Below are positions 1 to 12,751 of a stretch of DNA of 64,000 nucleotides, piece after piece (the first letter of the stretch is position 1; the number at the start of each line of letters is the position of its first letter). The notes beneath the pieces are model-generated. The model was given only the letters and a program-made list of their open reading frames with translations. It was not told where the DNA came from and did not search any database. The stretch lies in assembly GCF_018350175.1 (NCBI RefSeq), contig NC_058368.1, positions 63,552,001 through 63,616,000 of the forward strand, written 5' to 3'. Origin of the DNA: Felis catus. Its lineage: Eukaryota. The position numbers were made by a program, and so were the translations under genes.

Positions 1-82
1 GCTCTCTGCCCTTCCCCCACTCATGCTCTGTCTCTCTTTCAAAAATAAACGTTAAAGGAATTTTTTTTAATTAAAAAAAAAA
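1..82 (+). mobile_element. CAN-SINE 3' end (cut by window start)
   Basis: CT-rich tract 'ctctgcccttcccccactcatgctctgtctctc' followed by aataaa and an A-rich tail. Confidence 0.85.
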
Positions 83-338
83 GTCATAACAAAAGACATC
101 ACAAAGTTCTCAAAGAAGTGAACAGGCAAAAGGTGGATGTTGATAATTTAGGGAAAATGAGAAACAAGTGGCAAATAAATATAGTGTGTGCTGGTTGGGA
201 GAAATGGCAGAACTAGTGCCAGGCAAGGGCAGTATTGGTGCTTATTTCTATGCCACAATAATCCCAGAGATTTCTACTTGGTGGTGAAGGGAATATTTTC
301 AGAACATTCTTAACATACATCACTACATTTTCTATTTT

Positions 339-825
339 TGTGGCAGACTGTTCATTCCACCTCCAAATCTGTTGTCTCACCCCCCACATCTAGAAACAGG
401 ATCAGCAAAGTTTTACCTGGCTGTGGCTCCCAGGAGTTAACCACCCCACTCTTCTGGGTACTGCGTATATACAGGTACTGGCACACAATAGACACATAGA
501 TCAATGGAACAGAATAGAAAGCCCACCAATGGACCCAGCTAGAGACTATAGGCTCCTTTGCAGTAGGAGTGGCTAAGTGAGTAAGTTCTTGCTAATGATA
601 AGTAAACACAGGTGATAGGTGCAGCTTTCAGGTCACTTCCTTTAAAGCAATGTGCTTATCTTCCTCTATCTCTTTTCCCATCCTTGAGAGGAAATACGGA
701 TCTGGTGCTGGTGAGTCAACTTTGGCTATGCAGAGAAGTAGAATGGAACTCTAGGGTTGAAAGCAACAGAGTGAAGGAGCTTGGATTTCTAGACATCCTT
801 TTGGAGTGGAGCCTTCGACATTAAA
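339..825 (+). mobile_element. Ancient ERVL-class LTR fragment (LTR33-like), interrupted by a ~105-bp insertion
   Basis: Starts TGTGGCAG; 'cccagctagagacta...tttgcagtaggagtggctaagtgagtaagttcttgctaatga' resembles LTR33 consensus. Confidence 0.5.
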
Positions 826-1446
826 TGGGGCTGCGCTGAAACAAAGGCTGACAGGCAAGTAGAAGTGACTCCCAGAGCGGGGATGAGGGAGAGGGGAGTG
901 AAAACAGGAAAAGAGTTAAGTTGGTCACTACTAAAATTGCCAGGTGTTCCATCCCATGAAACCCTCAGAATACCCTCACAAAATGCGTTCCAAAACTGTC
1001 TGCCTTGGGAGGGAAAAGGAGGACTCGTTTTTCTTATTGGTTTTCATTTCCTGCTGAAATTGCTTCTGGGTGTTAACCACCCCACTCTTCTGGGTAGCAG
1101 ATATATATGGGTACAAAAACAGACACAGAGATCAATGGAACAGAATAGAAAACCCAGCAATGGACCCACAACTATATGGTCAGCTAATTTTTGACAAAGC
1201 AGGGAAGAATGTCCAATGGAAAAAAAGACCGGCTCTTCAACAAATGCTGTTGGGAAAACTGGACCACTCTCTTACACCGTACATAAAAATAAATTCAAAA
1301 TGGATGAAAGACCCAAATGTGAGACAGGAAACCATCAAAATCCTAGAGGAGAACACAGGCAGTGCTGTAGCAACTTCATACTGGAAGCTGGAGCATGAGG
1401 TGTCTTCAAGGAGATTAAAATGGTGCACACGAGATGTCCAATAGCA
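826..1446 (-). mobile_element. LTR16-like ERVL LTR, interrupted by an L1 fragment
   Basis: 'ggggagtgaaaacagg...gggtgttaaccaccccactctt' and the end 'cacgagatgtccaatagca' resemble reverse-strand LTR16C; adjoins ERVL internal sequence. Confidence 0.5.
1108..1360 (+). mobile_element. LINE-1 ORF2 fragment (carnivore L1)
   Basis: Translation [38 protein letters not shown]...[29 protein letters not shown] is L1 ORF2p C-terminal region. Confidence 0.93.
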
Positions 1447-2080
1447 CACACACCTCAGATCTGCTGGTGTCCTGCATTAATTGCAATCCATTGTAGAGTT
1501 CCTGTAAAATGATGCCTGGTCATGATCTCAGCACACTTAACATGACAGCATTACTGAAATAAGTGTGGTCCTATTACTGCAGCTAGTCCTGCCTCTGTTT
1601 TGATATTCATCATTTCCTTCTTCCACCACGTTTTCTGGATTTATTGATCTCCTTGTCTCTCAGCTTGCATCTCAGCTGATGTTGGTCACTTGCTTGGTGT
1701 GATTATCCAGGCCTTCACCCCTAAAGACTTTGACCCCTTACTTGCCATATCATATTTGGGTTGCAGTTGCTGTAATTACCATTCATCATGATCAACGGGC
1801 ATAGAGGCACAAAGAGACACCCTAGTGAATTCCCTGGGCTCAATATATACTCTTCACTCACCTCATTTTGTACTAGCAACTCTAGCTCATGGTGATCAGG
1901 ATGAATTACATTCACCATTACAGTAACTCCTTTATCTGCCTCCCCCCCTTGCAAACTTGTCACCTGCACTAAGAAGCCCAAAGTTACCAAGGCTAGTTTT
2001 TGTAACATTCCAGAGGGGAATATTCCCAACAACTCACTTCAGATATGTCCAATGATCAACTTAATGTCCTTCACCTCCAA
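1447..2080 (-). mobile_element. Degenerate ERVL internal region with dUTPase-like remnant
   Basis: ORF 1721-2032(-) 'ADKGVTVMVNVIHPDHHELELLVQNEVSEEYILSPGNSLGCLFVPLCPLIMMNG' resembles the ERV-L dUTPase region; next to the LTR16-like LTR. Confidence 0.6.
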
Positions 2081-2601
2081 ATTTACCCATCATTGACTGT
2101 TCTACAAAAATGGAGCTCACCTTTTTAAGTATTTTTCCGTGATAACTGGTGTAGTACTAAACTTTGTCGATAGAAGGTGCTGAGGACAGACTGCAGGAGA
2201 AAGAGGTGTTCTTTTCTCATCCTGGTGCTCACTTGGCAGGCTCTTCTCCATTGCCCATCTCCCTCCAACTTATAACTGTCTGCAGCTCCCAGAGACAACA
2301 GTTCCATCGAGCAATTTCATAGTGGAATACCTAGGGCAAGACCTAGCCCCATGAATAGCTATCCCTAGCACACCAGGGGGTGGATTTCTGGCAAATTCCA
2401 CTGAGTCAATCCCACAGTGACTTCTCTACCATTCAGTGAGCCGTGCTGACAATTTTAACAAGGCCTGGATCTCAGTCCTTGGGGGGCTTCTTCCGTGAGG
2501 CCCTTATCTAAGCCTATTCCTATATTCTCTGGAGTTCTTGCTCCTAACCAGCCAAATCCTCATTCTTCCAAACCCCTGTTTAGTTAGTGATTCTTGATAT
2601 A

Positions 2602-2720
2602 TTTTTTAAAGATTTTATTTGTTCATGTTTCAAGTAAACTCTACACCAACATGGGGCTCGAACTCAGGCCCCTGAGATCAAGTGTTGAATGTTCTACCAG
2701 CTGAGCCAGCCAGGAGCCTC
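2602..2720 (-). mobile_element. Short/older CAN-SINE
   Basis: 'ggggctcgaactc...gagatcaag...ctgagccagccaggagcc', reverse of the tRNA-derived head. Confidence 0.85.
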
Positions 2721-3374
2721 AGTGGTTCTTGATATTAAACACTTCTTGTTCAAATTACTGCATGTTTTCTCTCTCCCGATTGGACCCAGGCTTACATAAG
2801 CAGACACCACAGTAGATAATGAGAAGAATGAATCTTTCAGGGGTGAGGCCAGGGACCATGGGGAGCAAGTGGACAAATGAGTTCATTTCAGAAGTCAGAA
2901 CCAGAGCCTAACCAAGGAATTTACTTTATTGTCTAGTAAGGAAATCTTTTCAATTCCTGCCAGAAAGAATACATCATAGTGATTGCAGTGTTGCCATTCT
3001 TTGCTTTTAGAATGGTAATTTTTATTGCAGCTCTTCATCTTCATCATTTTGTATTGAGATGTATTGGAGTGCGAGTAACTTGTCTGTAAGATAGTAAATT
3101 GTTAGTCCTTGAAGGTCCGTCTCCAAATCAGATGGACAGAAATGAACACCACTAGGAGATCCGAGATTTTGAAATGGGAACAATAACTAGATGAACTTTG
3201 AGCTGAATTCCCTGGGGAGGGCCTGTGCTTTCTGTTTGGGAAGATTGGTGCATGTGGACACTTGGGCACTGGAGGCCAAAGGCAAGACTTCTGTTTTCCA
3301 ATATTCTTTCTCCATTTTTCCTTTTAATAGTAAAACTCCTCGAGTTTTTGATGAGTATTTGCCCAGCCAGAGAC

Positions 3375-3710
3375 TGTATTTTTTCCAATCTCCTTTGTAG
3401 ATAAGTAAGGTTGGGTTCTTGACAATGGGATGCAAAGGGAAGAAATACATGTGACTTCCCAGTCTTGCTCTTGACATAATTAGGTGTGTGCTCCTCTCTC
3501 TTTTATCCCTTGGTCTTGACTGAAGACTCAGTCTGGTGAGCCAGTTTTGAATAGGTGGTCCAGGGGAGTCCTCTGCTTGCCTTGCATCGCCTGCTTGCCT
3601 CTGGACTAATACTTGAGAGAAAGCTAAAATTATCTTTCTTGTTTTGTTTTTGTGAGCTAATGTATTCTCGGTCTCTTTGTTACATCAGCTTAGCCTGTTC
3701 CCTAACACAA
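3375..3710 (+). mobile_element. LTR33-like ERVL LTR 3' part
   Basis: 'gcctctggact...gagagaaa...ggtctctttgttacatcagc...cctaac' resembles an LTR33/MLT-type 3' end. Confidence 0.4.
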
Positions 3711-4559
3711 TCTTCTTTCTCACATTCCTTTCAAATTAAATGTTATTTTTCTTCTATCTGACATGGAAATTTTACAGTATTTCTTTCCCTTGAGTCTACC
3801 CTCCCCCCATTTTTTTGCAGAGAGAAGAGTTTGCAGAAATCTTTGGCTTCATCTCATTATTCTTTACTGTCACTGCCTGCAGGCAGAGTCCATAATGTAA
3901 ATGTAAAATTGTGTTCAGCATAAGTTCCCTTGAGTATGTAATTATAACGCCTTCCAGGGTGCACCTAAATAAGAAGAATCTGTTTCTCCAGCCCAAGATT
4001 GCTTTTGGTGTCAATCACACAGTGAGATATAGACAGAGGCAATAACTGTAGTAACTAACACCAAATGAGGCAGACCACAATATGAAACATTATGCATTTT
4101 CATTGCTGATAATCTTGGGAGGATTCAGAAAATATAGAGGGCCCTAAGCATGGAATGGGAGAATTCTAATTTATTTTGTAGGTGTGCAAAATATCTCATA
4201 ACCAAATAGTAGTTTTGCTCATCACCAAAAGCACTAAGTGACTTAATTCTGTTTTATACTAAACACAAGTGATGATTAAAACATATCAGTATTTTCTATT
4301 ATCAAAACACTGATCAAATACTGATCAAAGTGTAGATACTAATTTCAGTTACTGTGTAATCTATAACAACTAAATACATACACACATGAAAATCCTTTAG
4401 TATATAGATATACTAAAATATGTTTTTAAAATATATAAGTATATATAAATATATACAAAACCTTTAAAACATACAATATAAGCAATATAAGTAAACAATG
4501 ATTGTTGATGGTCACTTATATTAACTAAATCAAAATATACTCATTTCAAAAATTAAATG

Positions 4560-4767
4560 CTTTTTAAAATGTTTATTTAGAGAGAGAGGGAGAGAGAGAA
4601 TGAGCGAGGGAGGGGCAGAGAGAGAGGGAGAGAGAGAATCCCTACCAAGCTCCACACTGTTGGCACTGAGGCCAACACAGTGCTCGATTTCATGAGCTGT
4701 GAGATCATGACCTGAGCTGAAATCAAGAATTTCATGCTTAACCGATTGAGCCACCCAGGTGCCCCCC
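4560..4767 (-). mobile_element. CAN-SINE
   Basis: T tail, (GA)n, 'gagatcatgacctgagctgaaatc...gagccacccaggtgcccc'. Confidence 0.95.
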
Positions 4768-4981
4768 TAAATTAAACTCTTATATGAAGCAGAGTTTCAT
4801 GCATACATAAAAAAATAATTATGCAATTTATTTACTTCATAAATAAATAATAGATTATTCTGATTGGATTTTAAATACATCATAACACTCAGAGAAGTTT
4901 GGATCTAGAACCTTTGTGTAGGAGAATGTAGTTTTTGAATCATTTAGTAAAATATTCAAGTAATTAAAAATAAATTCTTTT

Positions 4982-5212
4982 GGGGCACCTGGGTGATTCA
5001 GTCGATTAAGCATCCAACTTCAGCTCAGGTCATGATCTCATGGTCAGTGAGTTCAAGCCCCACATCTGGCACTGTGCTGACAGCTCAGAGCCTGGAGCCT
5101 GCTTCAAATTCTGTGTGTGTGTCTCTCTCTCTGCCTCTCCCCTGCCTCTGCTCTGTCTCTCTCTGTCTCTCAAAAAAATGAATAAATGTTAAAAAAAATT
5201 TTAAATAAATAA
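4982..5212 (+). mobile_element. CAN-SINE (SINEC_Fc-like)
   Basis: 'ggggcacctgggtgattcagtcg...ctcaggtcatgatctc', CT tract, A tail. Confidence 0.95.
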
Positions 5213-6623
5213 ATGCTTTCAATTTCTTCAAAAAAGTTTAATTGCTGACATTAACTTGATGACTTTGAAAATATACTTTGAAAGAGTAAAGGAATACAAT
5301 TAATTTTAGAACTAAAAATCAAAAGAGGTAAAAAGTTTAGAGGCAATGCAGTGTTTCCCAAATTTTAATCATTTTTCAATCCCTCTCAATTTCTGGCATA
5401 TCTATATAATACTTAAAAAATATTTACCTAATCATTTTATTTTATTCCATTACATTCCTACTTAAATGTTTATTTTTTAAAATCAGCATTATGGTTTTAC
5501 CTGCTGTAAATATTATGCTTAACACATAATATTATTTTCTAACTACTTAAGTAAAAAAATATTCTTAGGTTGCAATCTAAAGTCATCTCACTTGACCCAC
5601 AAACCACACTTTGGTTGATAATTGATACAGCATTGCACTATATAAAATTCTTCTAGTATCTGGAGCCTAAGTAAAATACAAAGTCTGCTATACTTTAAAA
5701 TCACATTGTGGCAAAAGTGTGTTCATGACCTGACTGCCCAGTATAGTGGTAATGCTAACTATGTCTCTTTTTTTAGGTATTGAGCAAACCGATAAAACTT
5801 AGAACCCATTTTATACTGAAGTATGACTTGGAACAATCTGTGGCATATACTGTTATTAATAAGGTTAACTTCACTATCTAAACAGGCTGCTGTGACCTCA
5901 CATTTACCATAGTTAAAGAGACAGAGGCAAAAGGCAAGGGCTGGCAACGAATTGCATCTCTAAAATTTACTCTGTTCAATAACAAACATGTTATTTAAAA
6001 AAAAAACATTTTTTGTGTAACTTCTCAAGAATGTTTCAGTTTGCTAAAAAAATGAATAATATGCTTTACTATTATCTTTGAAGTAAGAAAGTCATCGTCA
6101 GCATAACATTGAGCAATGTTTTAGGTTTGGGGGATTATGTTTTTGCATATCTGTAAATTGCCAATTTGCAAGCAAGAACTCCCAAAAATTCAGATTCTAT
6201 TTATTGGGTAATAAATAAAGCAATAAGAAAGCCATATCATTCTACAAAATACAATTCACCCTTTTCAATGACTGTGATACATCTTACTGTAGAGCAGTGG
6301 ATTTACATTTGGAGACCAAGTATTTATGACACGATTTTTCTAACATCTAATGTCTGTATTGTTATGAACCAAAATGCTTGCTGGAGTCAAGCTTCGACCT
6401 CATCCAAGCCTTGGATCAAAATGTTCTTGATAACTAGGACACTATACATGCTTTTGGACTAAAGCTGAAATAGTGCCTAAGCCCACTCCAGTTGTTCAGA
6501 GTAGAGTGGAGAGTCCTAGCATGACCATGTGGAGGAAGTGTATGTGCAGAAGTCCCTCCGTGTTCCATCCACCCCATGCTTTCCCAGTGTGCTGAAAAGG
6601 ATCTGTTCACACCACCTTTGGAG

Positions 6624-7207
6624 ATGTATTCCTTTTCTATTGCTGTGTAACAGATCACCACAAATTTAGCAGTTTATAACAACATCTGTTTATTAGCTCA
6701 TGCTCCTATAGGTCAGAAGTCCAGGCACAGCGTGGTGGGGTTCTTCTGCTCAGGCTAAAATTTGGGTGTCAGCTGGCCATGTCCTCATGTGGAGTTAAGG
6801 TTCTTTTCCTGGCTTATTCTTGTTATTGACAGAATTCATCACTGCTGTAGTAGGACTAACATCCTTGTTTCCTTGCTGGCTGTCCGATGGGACTCAGCTC
6901 TAAAGTCCTAGAGGCTGTTCCCATTTCTAAGCATGATGTCCTCCCCATGTTAGCAATGGAGAACTGCCCTTCCAATCTCCACTTCCTCTTCTGCTAGCAA
7001 CCATAGAAAATTCTCTATTTTTAAAGGGCTCATAAGATTGGGTCAAGCTTTCCAGGATGATCCTCCCCATCTCAAGGTTAATGGTGTCATATGTCATAAC
7101 CTAATCACAGGAGTAAAACACATTAAATTTGCAGACTTGGGGATTATGCAGGGTGTGTACACCAGAGGCAGAATACTGGGGAACATCTTAGAATCCTGCC
7201 TGCCACA
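6624..7207 (-). mobile_element. MaLR LTR (MLT1E-like)
   Basis: 'ttctattgctgtgtaacagatcaccacaaatttagcag' through 'gggtgtgtacaccagagg...tcttagaatcctgcctgccaca'. Confidence 0.75.
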
Positions 7208-7910
7208 GAAGCTTTTGTCACTTTCAGCTTGACACATTTCTTTGGGTTATATCCTCACACTCAAGACTTTTTCTTTCTTTCTCTCCCCAAAGAAACTCAG
7301 AAAAACTAAAGTTGTCACTAAATTAGTCTACATGAAATAAAATATACATGAAAGATATGTATTCCTGGGCTTTCAAACATGTTTCAAGGTGACACCAAAT
7401 AAGCTTAGACGCTGTTCATCATTTTCAATGCAAATGTAGCTTCAACTAAACCATCACTTTATGGGGGACCCCTTTTGTGACACTATAGTAACTGATAATA
7501 TAGTTTATATTAATGAGAACATTGTATTAATTCAATATGATTTCTTTCTAACTAATGTCAGACCTACTGTGTAAGCAATTAACCTGTTTATTTCAATACT
7601 AATACTAATTTATTCATGATGGTTTTTTCTACAAATTAAATGTATTTTTTAGGCTCTATGAGATTAGTATGCAAATAGTGAAAATTTCAAGTAATTATTG
7701 GTGATTTGGTTTTGTCCATTCATCCTGAAATGCCTTAATTCTCCCTCCATGTTTGTTTATTACTTGGATTCCTACAGTAATTCTCAACCAAAAGCTTTGA
7801 TTTATCAAAGTATAGATGAAAAGGTACATATGAAGAATACAAATATCTCTGATTTGGAGGTACTTACTAAAACATTAAAATTTATTATTAAATAACAAAT
7901 GGCAATTTTC

Positions 7911-7969
7911 TTTTTTTTTAATTTTTTTAATGTTTATTTTTGAGAGAGAAATAAGGAGTATGAATGGGG

Positions 7970-8016
<47 letters not shown>

Positions 8017-8137
8017 CGAAGCAGGCTCCAGGCCCCAAGCTGCCAGCACAGAGCCCAATGCAGGGCTCAAACCCATGGACCAGACCGTGAGATCATGACC
8101 TGAGCCAAAGTCGGACCCCCAACCGACTGAGCCACCC
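7911..8137 (-). mobile_element. CAN-SINE, slightly 5'-truncated, with (GA)n
   Basis: 13-bp TSD aatggcaattttc at 7898-7910 and 8138-8150. Confidence 0.95.
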
Positions 8138-9274
8138 AATGGCAATTTTCAAAGCATGATTAAGACCAATGATAAAAAATAAAATGGGCAATGTGTACTA
8201 TGGTATAGTGGGAAGAATAATAAAGAATCAGACACTGGGTAAGCTACTTAATTAACTTATCTTTCAGTTTTTTCACTATAAAAGCAGGGTGATCCTCCAA
8301 TTTTTTTGAATTGTGGGAATTGAATGCTTTATAAAAGCTATCATCTGTAATAAATGTTCAATAAATACTTCCTTTCTCTGAAAGTGAATAAGCTAATTTA
8401 ATCAGTTTATTTTAATAAACTTTAAAATGGGTTAAGTCACAACTTAAAGAACACTCTATAGACTTATTTTAATTTGCAAAAATTTATGGATTCAGTTGCT
8501 ATGCCTGAAATAGAGTAACAGTAGTTTAAATAATACTAAGTACTTTTGAGAATTTGAAACAAAGGACATTGAATAGTGGAGTTAGTTAGATGATGAAATC
8601 ACTGAGAGGAGTCAAATAGATGATATGTCAACCCAGAGATGAGCAAAAAGTAGGGCATTCCATCTCCCTGAATCCAGAGAGCAAAGGAAGGATGAAGTGT
8701 TCTTGAAACCCAGAGGACGGAATGATGAAAAATGCAGCCAGAGATGCCATTCAAGGCACCGGGAGAAATTCCTGGTTTCTTCTTTCTAGCAAAACACAGA
8801 TCACATGGGAATATGGAAAACAGTCCACGAAGTTTGAGAATAGCACAAAGGCAGTGCTGTATCTGAGGGCAAGCAGGCCCCTGGACTAGCATTCTAACTG
8901 GTGAAAGTAAGAGACATGTAATTGACCAGCAACTCAGATTTTAGGTAACTCCAGAGAAGCCTGGATCCTGAAAATACTGTGGTGATTAATTCTCTTAATT
9001 GTGTTTTCTCAGAGCTTCAGAACACCACTAACAAAAAGAGCTGTCAAAGATAGAGACTTATTCCCTAAACCCTTTCAGGTTAAGACTGTGGTGGGCACAC
9101 AACTGGTGGCCGCCAGACTGGCAGCCTGAGGAACAATCATCAGGAGAGAAGGCCTTGTCTTCCTGGCCACGAGGCCTGGTGTCAGGCACGGGACCACTAT
9201 TTGTTGCTTTACTTTTGCTCTTTTTCCAGATGTGGGAATTCTGCCTGTCTTCATTGTTGTGATTAAGATTTGGG

Positions 9275-9777
9275 GTATGGAAGAGTGTGTTTTCCAAAGG
9301 CGATCACGATGATATATAGCCCATCCTTCAAGCTTTTGATACAGTGTGATGTTGACACATGTTCATTGAGATGTGTAAGGAGTCTGTATTTTCTCTCTTT
9401 GAATCTAGGAAATCCTGTGACCATGGAAAAAGTGACACTGCGACTTTTGAGGCTGCACATAAAAAGCATACAACTTCCACCTCATCCACCTGACACTCAC
9501 CATTGGAACCAAATCACCATTTACTTGGGGCAGCTAAGTGCCCTTAAGAAGAATCTATGTGTCTGTATCCCTGCCACCATCTCAGTTAAGGGTGACTGAG
9601 TCTCCAGATGATGCCAGCCACCATCCTTCAAGCCTTTTCAGCTGACTCCAAAGGGCACCGAGATGGCATGCCCCCACCAGACCCTTCCAGAATTACGGAC
9701 TTATGAACAAAATGTCATTGTTTTCAACCACAAAGTTTTGGAGTGGTTTGGTAACTCAACAATAGATAACCAGAACA
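9275..9777 (+). mobile_element. MaLR LTR (MLT1G/H-like)
   Basis: Typical MLT1 3' end 'aagttttggagtggtttggtaactcaacaatagataaccagaaca'. Confidence 0.7.
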
Positions 9778-12751
9778 TAGAGTGATTAAACCTACACTTG
9801 AGTCAAATGTTGCCAAACATGACAAATCACATTGGACTAAAAAGAGTGTGCTTCTTAAGAGATCCTGGACATGCCACTTTCCATAGTAGCTGGATTTGAT
9901 TTTGTGTTCTCTGCCTCTGGGGAAGTATAAGTGCATTTTCAATGTGAGTGGGATAATTGTATTTACTATATTAGGCAGAGGAAATGTGGGAATTTTTTGT
10001 GCATGTCTAATATGATGTTATAACTGGATCTTTCCTGTCTCCATTTTGACAGAGGCACCAGTGATCAACATCAAATCACTTAAATGACAGTCTCCAATTT
10101 CATACTGATTTATTCACCACGTGATGCCTAGCATACGTCACTTGTTACTCTGGGTGCTGGGAATGAAGCAATGAACAAAGCAGTTAAAATTTTCTTCCCA
10201 CATGAAGCTTACATACGCGGAATTAGAAAGTAACCATCTCTAAAAACCTGTTCCTTAAGGTCTATAAAAAGGAGTCAGGATATAGTAAAGACGAAATTGG
10301 TCAGGACACTTTATTGGAGAGAGTTGTTTGTGTGTGTGTGAGTTAATCAGGAGCAGCTGGGTTATGTTATGATAACGAATACACACGGATGAGCCAGAGA
10401 TTGGACATGTGTAGGACGTCATGAATATTGTCCAATAAGGGCCAGAAAATCTCAGCAGAAAAAGAATGAAGGTGAACATACATAGTATGAGTGTGGAACA
10501 AAATGATAGAAGATCATTAGGGAGTCATCTGCCTGATCAAGGGCGGTGTAGCAGAGAGATCGTGTATTAAGGAGTCTCTGAAGAGAGGAAGGGCAAGAGC
10601 AGAGTCCAGAGGGATTCACACTTTGTTCCCTCTGCCTCCATCCTCCCTTCCCATGGCATGCCTCTAGAGAGAGCAGATCCAAGCTTGGGAAAAAGGAATG
10701 TTCGATGGTGAATCAAGTTAAAGATTTTGCTTACGAGTTTGTACTGGATGTCCAATTTTTAAATTGAAACTGTGTTTACTACTGATATTAACTGAACAAC
10801 TTTTATTTTTTGCAAGTGAGTGATCACAAAAATCATGGACCTGTCCAAATATTCTTTCAAGGTAAGGGGATATTACCAGAACTGAGTAAATCTTGAAGCT
10901 AAGGTAAGAGACATAACTTAATTGTCACCGCGATCACAATCCTTATGTCATGCTTGTTCAACACAACCAGGTTACATCTATGGGGTAAAGGGTTTGTTTC
11001 TCCTGGGTAGACAATGCATAGATCTCCACTTTTACTACTCTGTTACTGGTAAGAGAATTCCATTTCCTTAGGGGAATAAGTTAACTGGAGATCATTCCAC
11101 CTATCTGTAATCATAAAGTAGACATCTGAGAATCTCAGGTGAGAATGATGGGTAGGTAGCAGGATCAGCATTTGACCCAAGAGTCTGTGTGACTCTTGTT
11201 TTCATAACTTCAGGGTAAGAGCTGCAGCTTTCTGTTGGGATTACTGATCTGTGGGTGGCCATTTACTTCCACAATGTGGAAAGAGAGAGAGCACAAGCCT
11301 GCTTCAGTATATCACTTTAAACCCAGATCCAGCTTTACCATGAAAAAACCTCACTCATTAAAGCGACTAAACTTCAGTTTTTACTTAAGTAATTTGAGGC
11401 TTCTCTTTCAACACAATTTTGACCAACACGTGTAGTGTATTTGAAGAGGAACCAATATATGCCTCATCATCTGTAGTATGCCTATCAAACAATACTTCTT
11501 AGTCTTTATGGGTCTTGGATCCTTTGAAATATAATGAAATCCAAGGACTTTCCATTAGTTACATATTAGCACAATTAACTCTGTATTGGAATTTGGTTTT
11601 CTTCACATAGATGACAAAGCAACATTTATAAAGAGCTATATCTTCCTCACATTTCTTCAAATATTGAATATGAATTAAAAAATTATCAAATAAGGTAAAA
11701 AGTAAATTCAAGGAGAAGGATGCTCTGCTTGGCCGGGAGGCAAACTTGACACGGTGGAGTGGTTTTTGATTCATTCCGCTATGGCAAGCAATCCTTGCTG
11801 CTCTCTACCTCTGACCACACAGAAGACCCCTTCAGTGTGGCTTGCAGTGCTTATAGGTGTTTGTAAGTTTCTGTTTATAGTGAAGTTTTCAGGACTCTGT
11901 CATTTTAATCCATAGCCTGAAGAATTTTCTCAGCGCTGGACTATCTCCAGGGTTAACTGCTTTCAGTATCCCTTTCCAGAGTGGCAACTTGTACCTAACC
12001 ATAAGGTGTTTTGTTTTTTTTTTTCGTCAGTATCTTCAATGCCACATCAAGGCCTCCAGTCAAAGGATTTACCTTATTCATGTGGCTGAAAATATCTGTC
12101 GAATGACCCTATTCATGAGTCAACTCTTCCCTGTCAAATGGAGCTGGAATTTGGGTTGATTATATCCTCCTAATAGTGAAACTTCTACATAAGGTTCATT
12201 TAAGTATATGAAGACTTGTCTTTTGGAAAATCAACAATTACATACTACCTTCCTTGTTATGACAAAATCTCTCGAAAGGTAGCAATTCAAGGCCCCATTT
12301 CAGTTGTCGACTGATCTTAAACATGCCAGTGTAGAACGCTGTGATCTTGCATCCCAGTGATGTTTGGCTCTTCTTCATTCACCCACAAAGCTAGATGAAT
12401 TCCAACTACTCACGTGCTTATCTCTGCTTGGAGTAGCAGGAAGTTTCTTCTAATTGAGTTTTCTTTGGCAAAATCATAATCTTGAAGATAATGATGCCAA
12501 ATTGGTAATTCTTTTTTGGGGATCTGTGAACACCTTGAACATAATCCGGGAGCTGCCTGGTTTTATCCTATCTTAAGTTGAAGGAAAAAATAACAACAAC
12601 TAACATTAATTAAATTTAAATTTATCTGAATAAATATTGGTATTGGAACTTGTTTTGATCATGGTTAAGTACATACATACAAAGTGACTTGACTGAATTC
12701 GACAAACCATTTTGATAACATTATCTAATAACTGGTCTTAAGAGGACAGTG

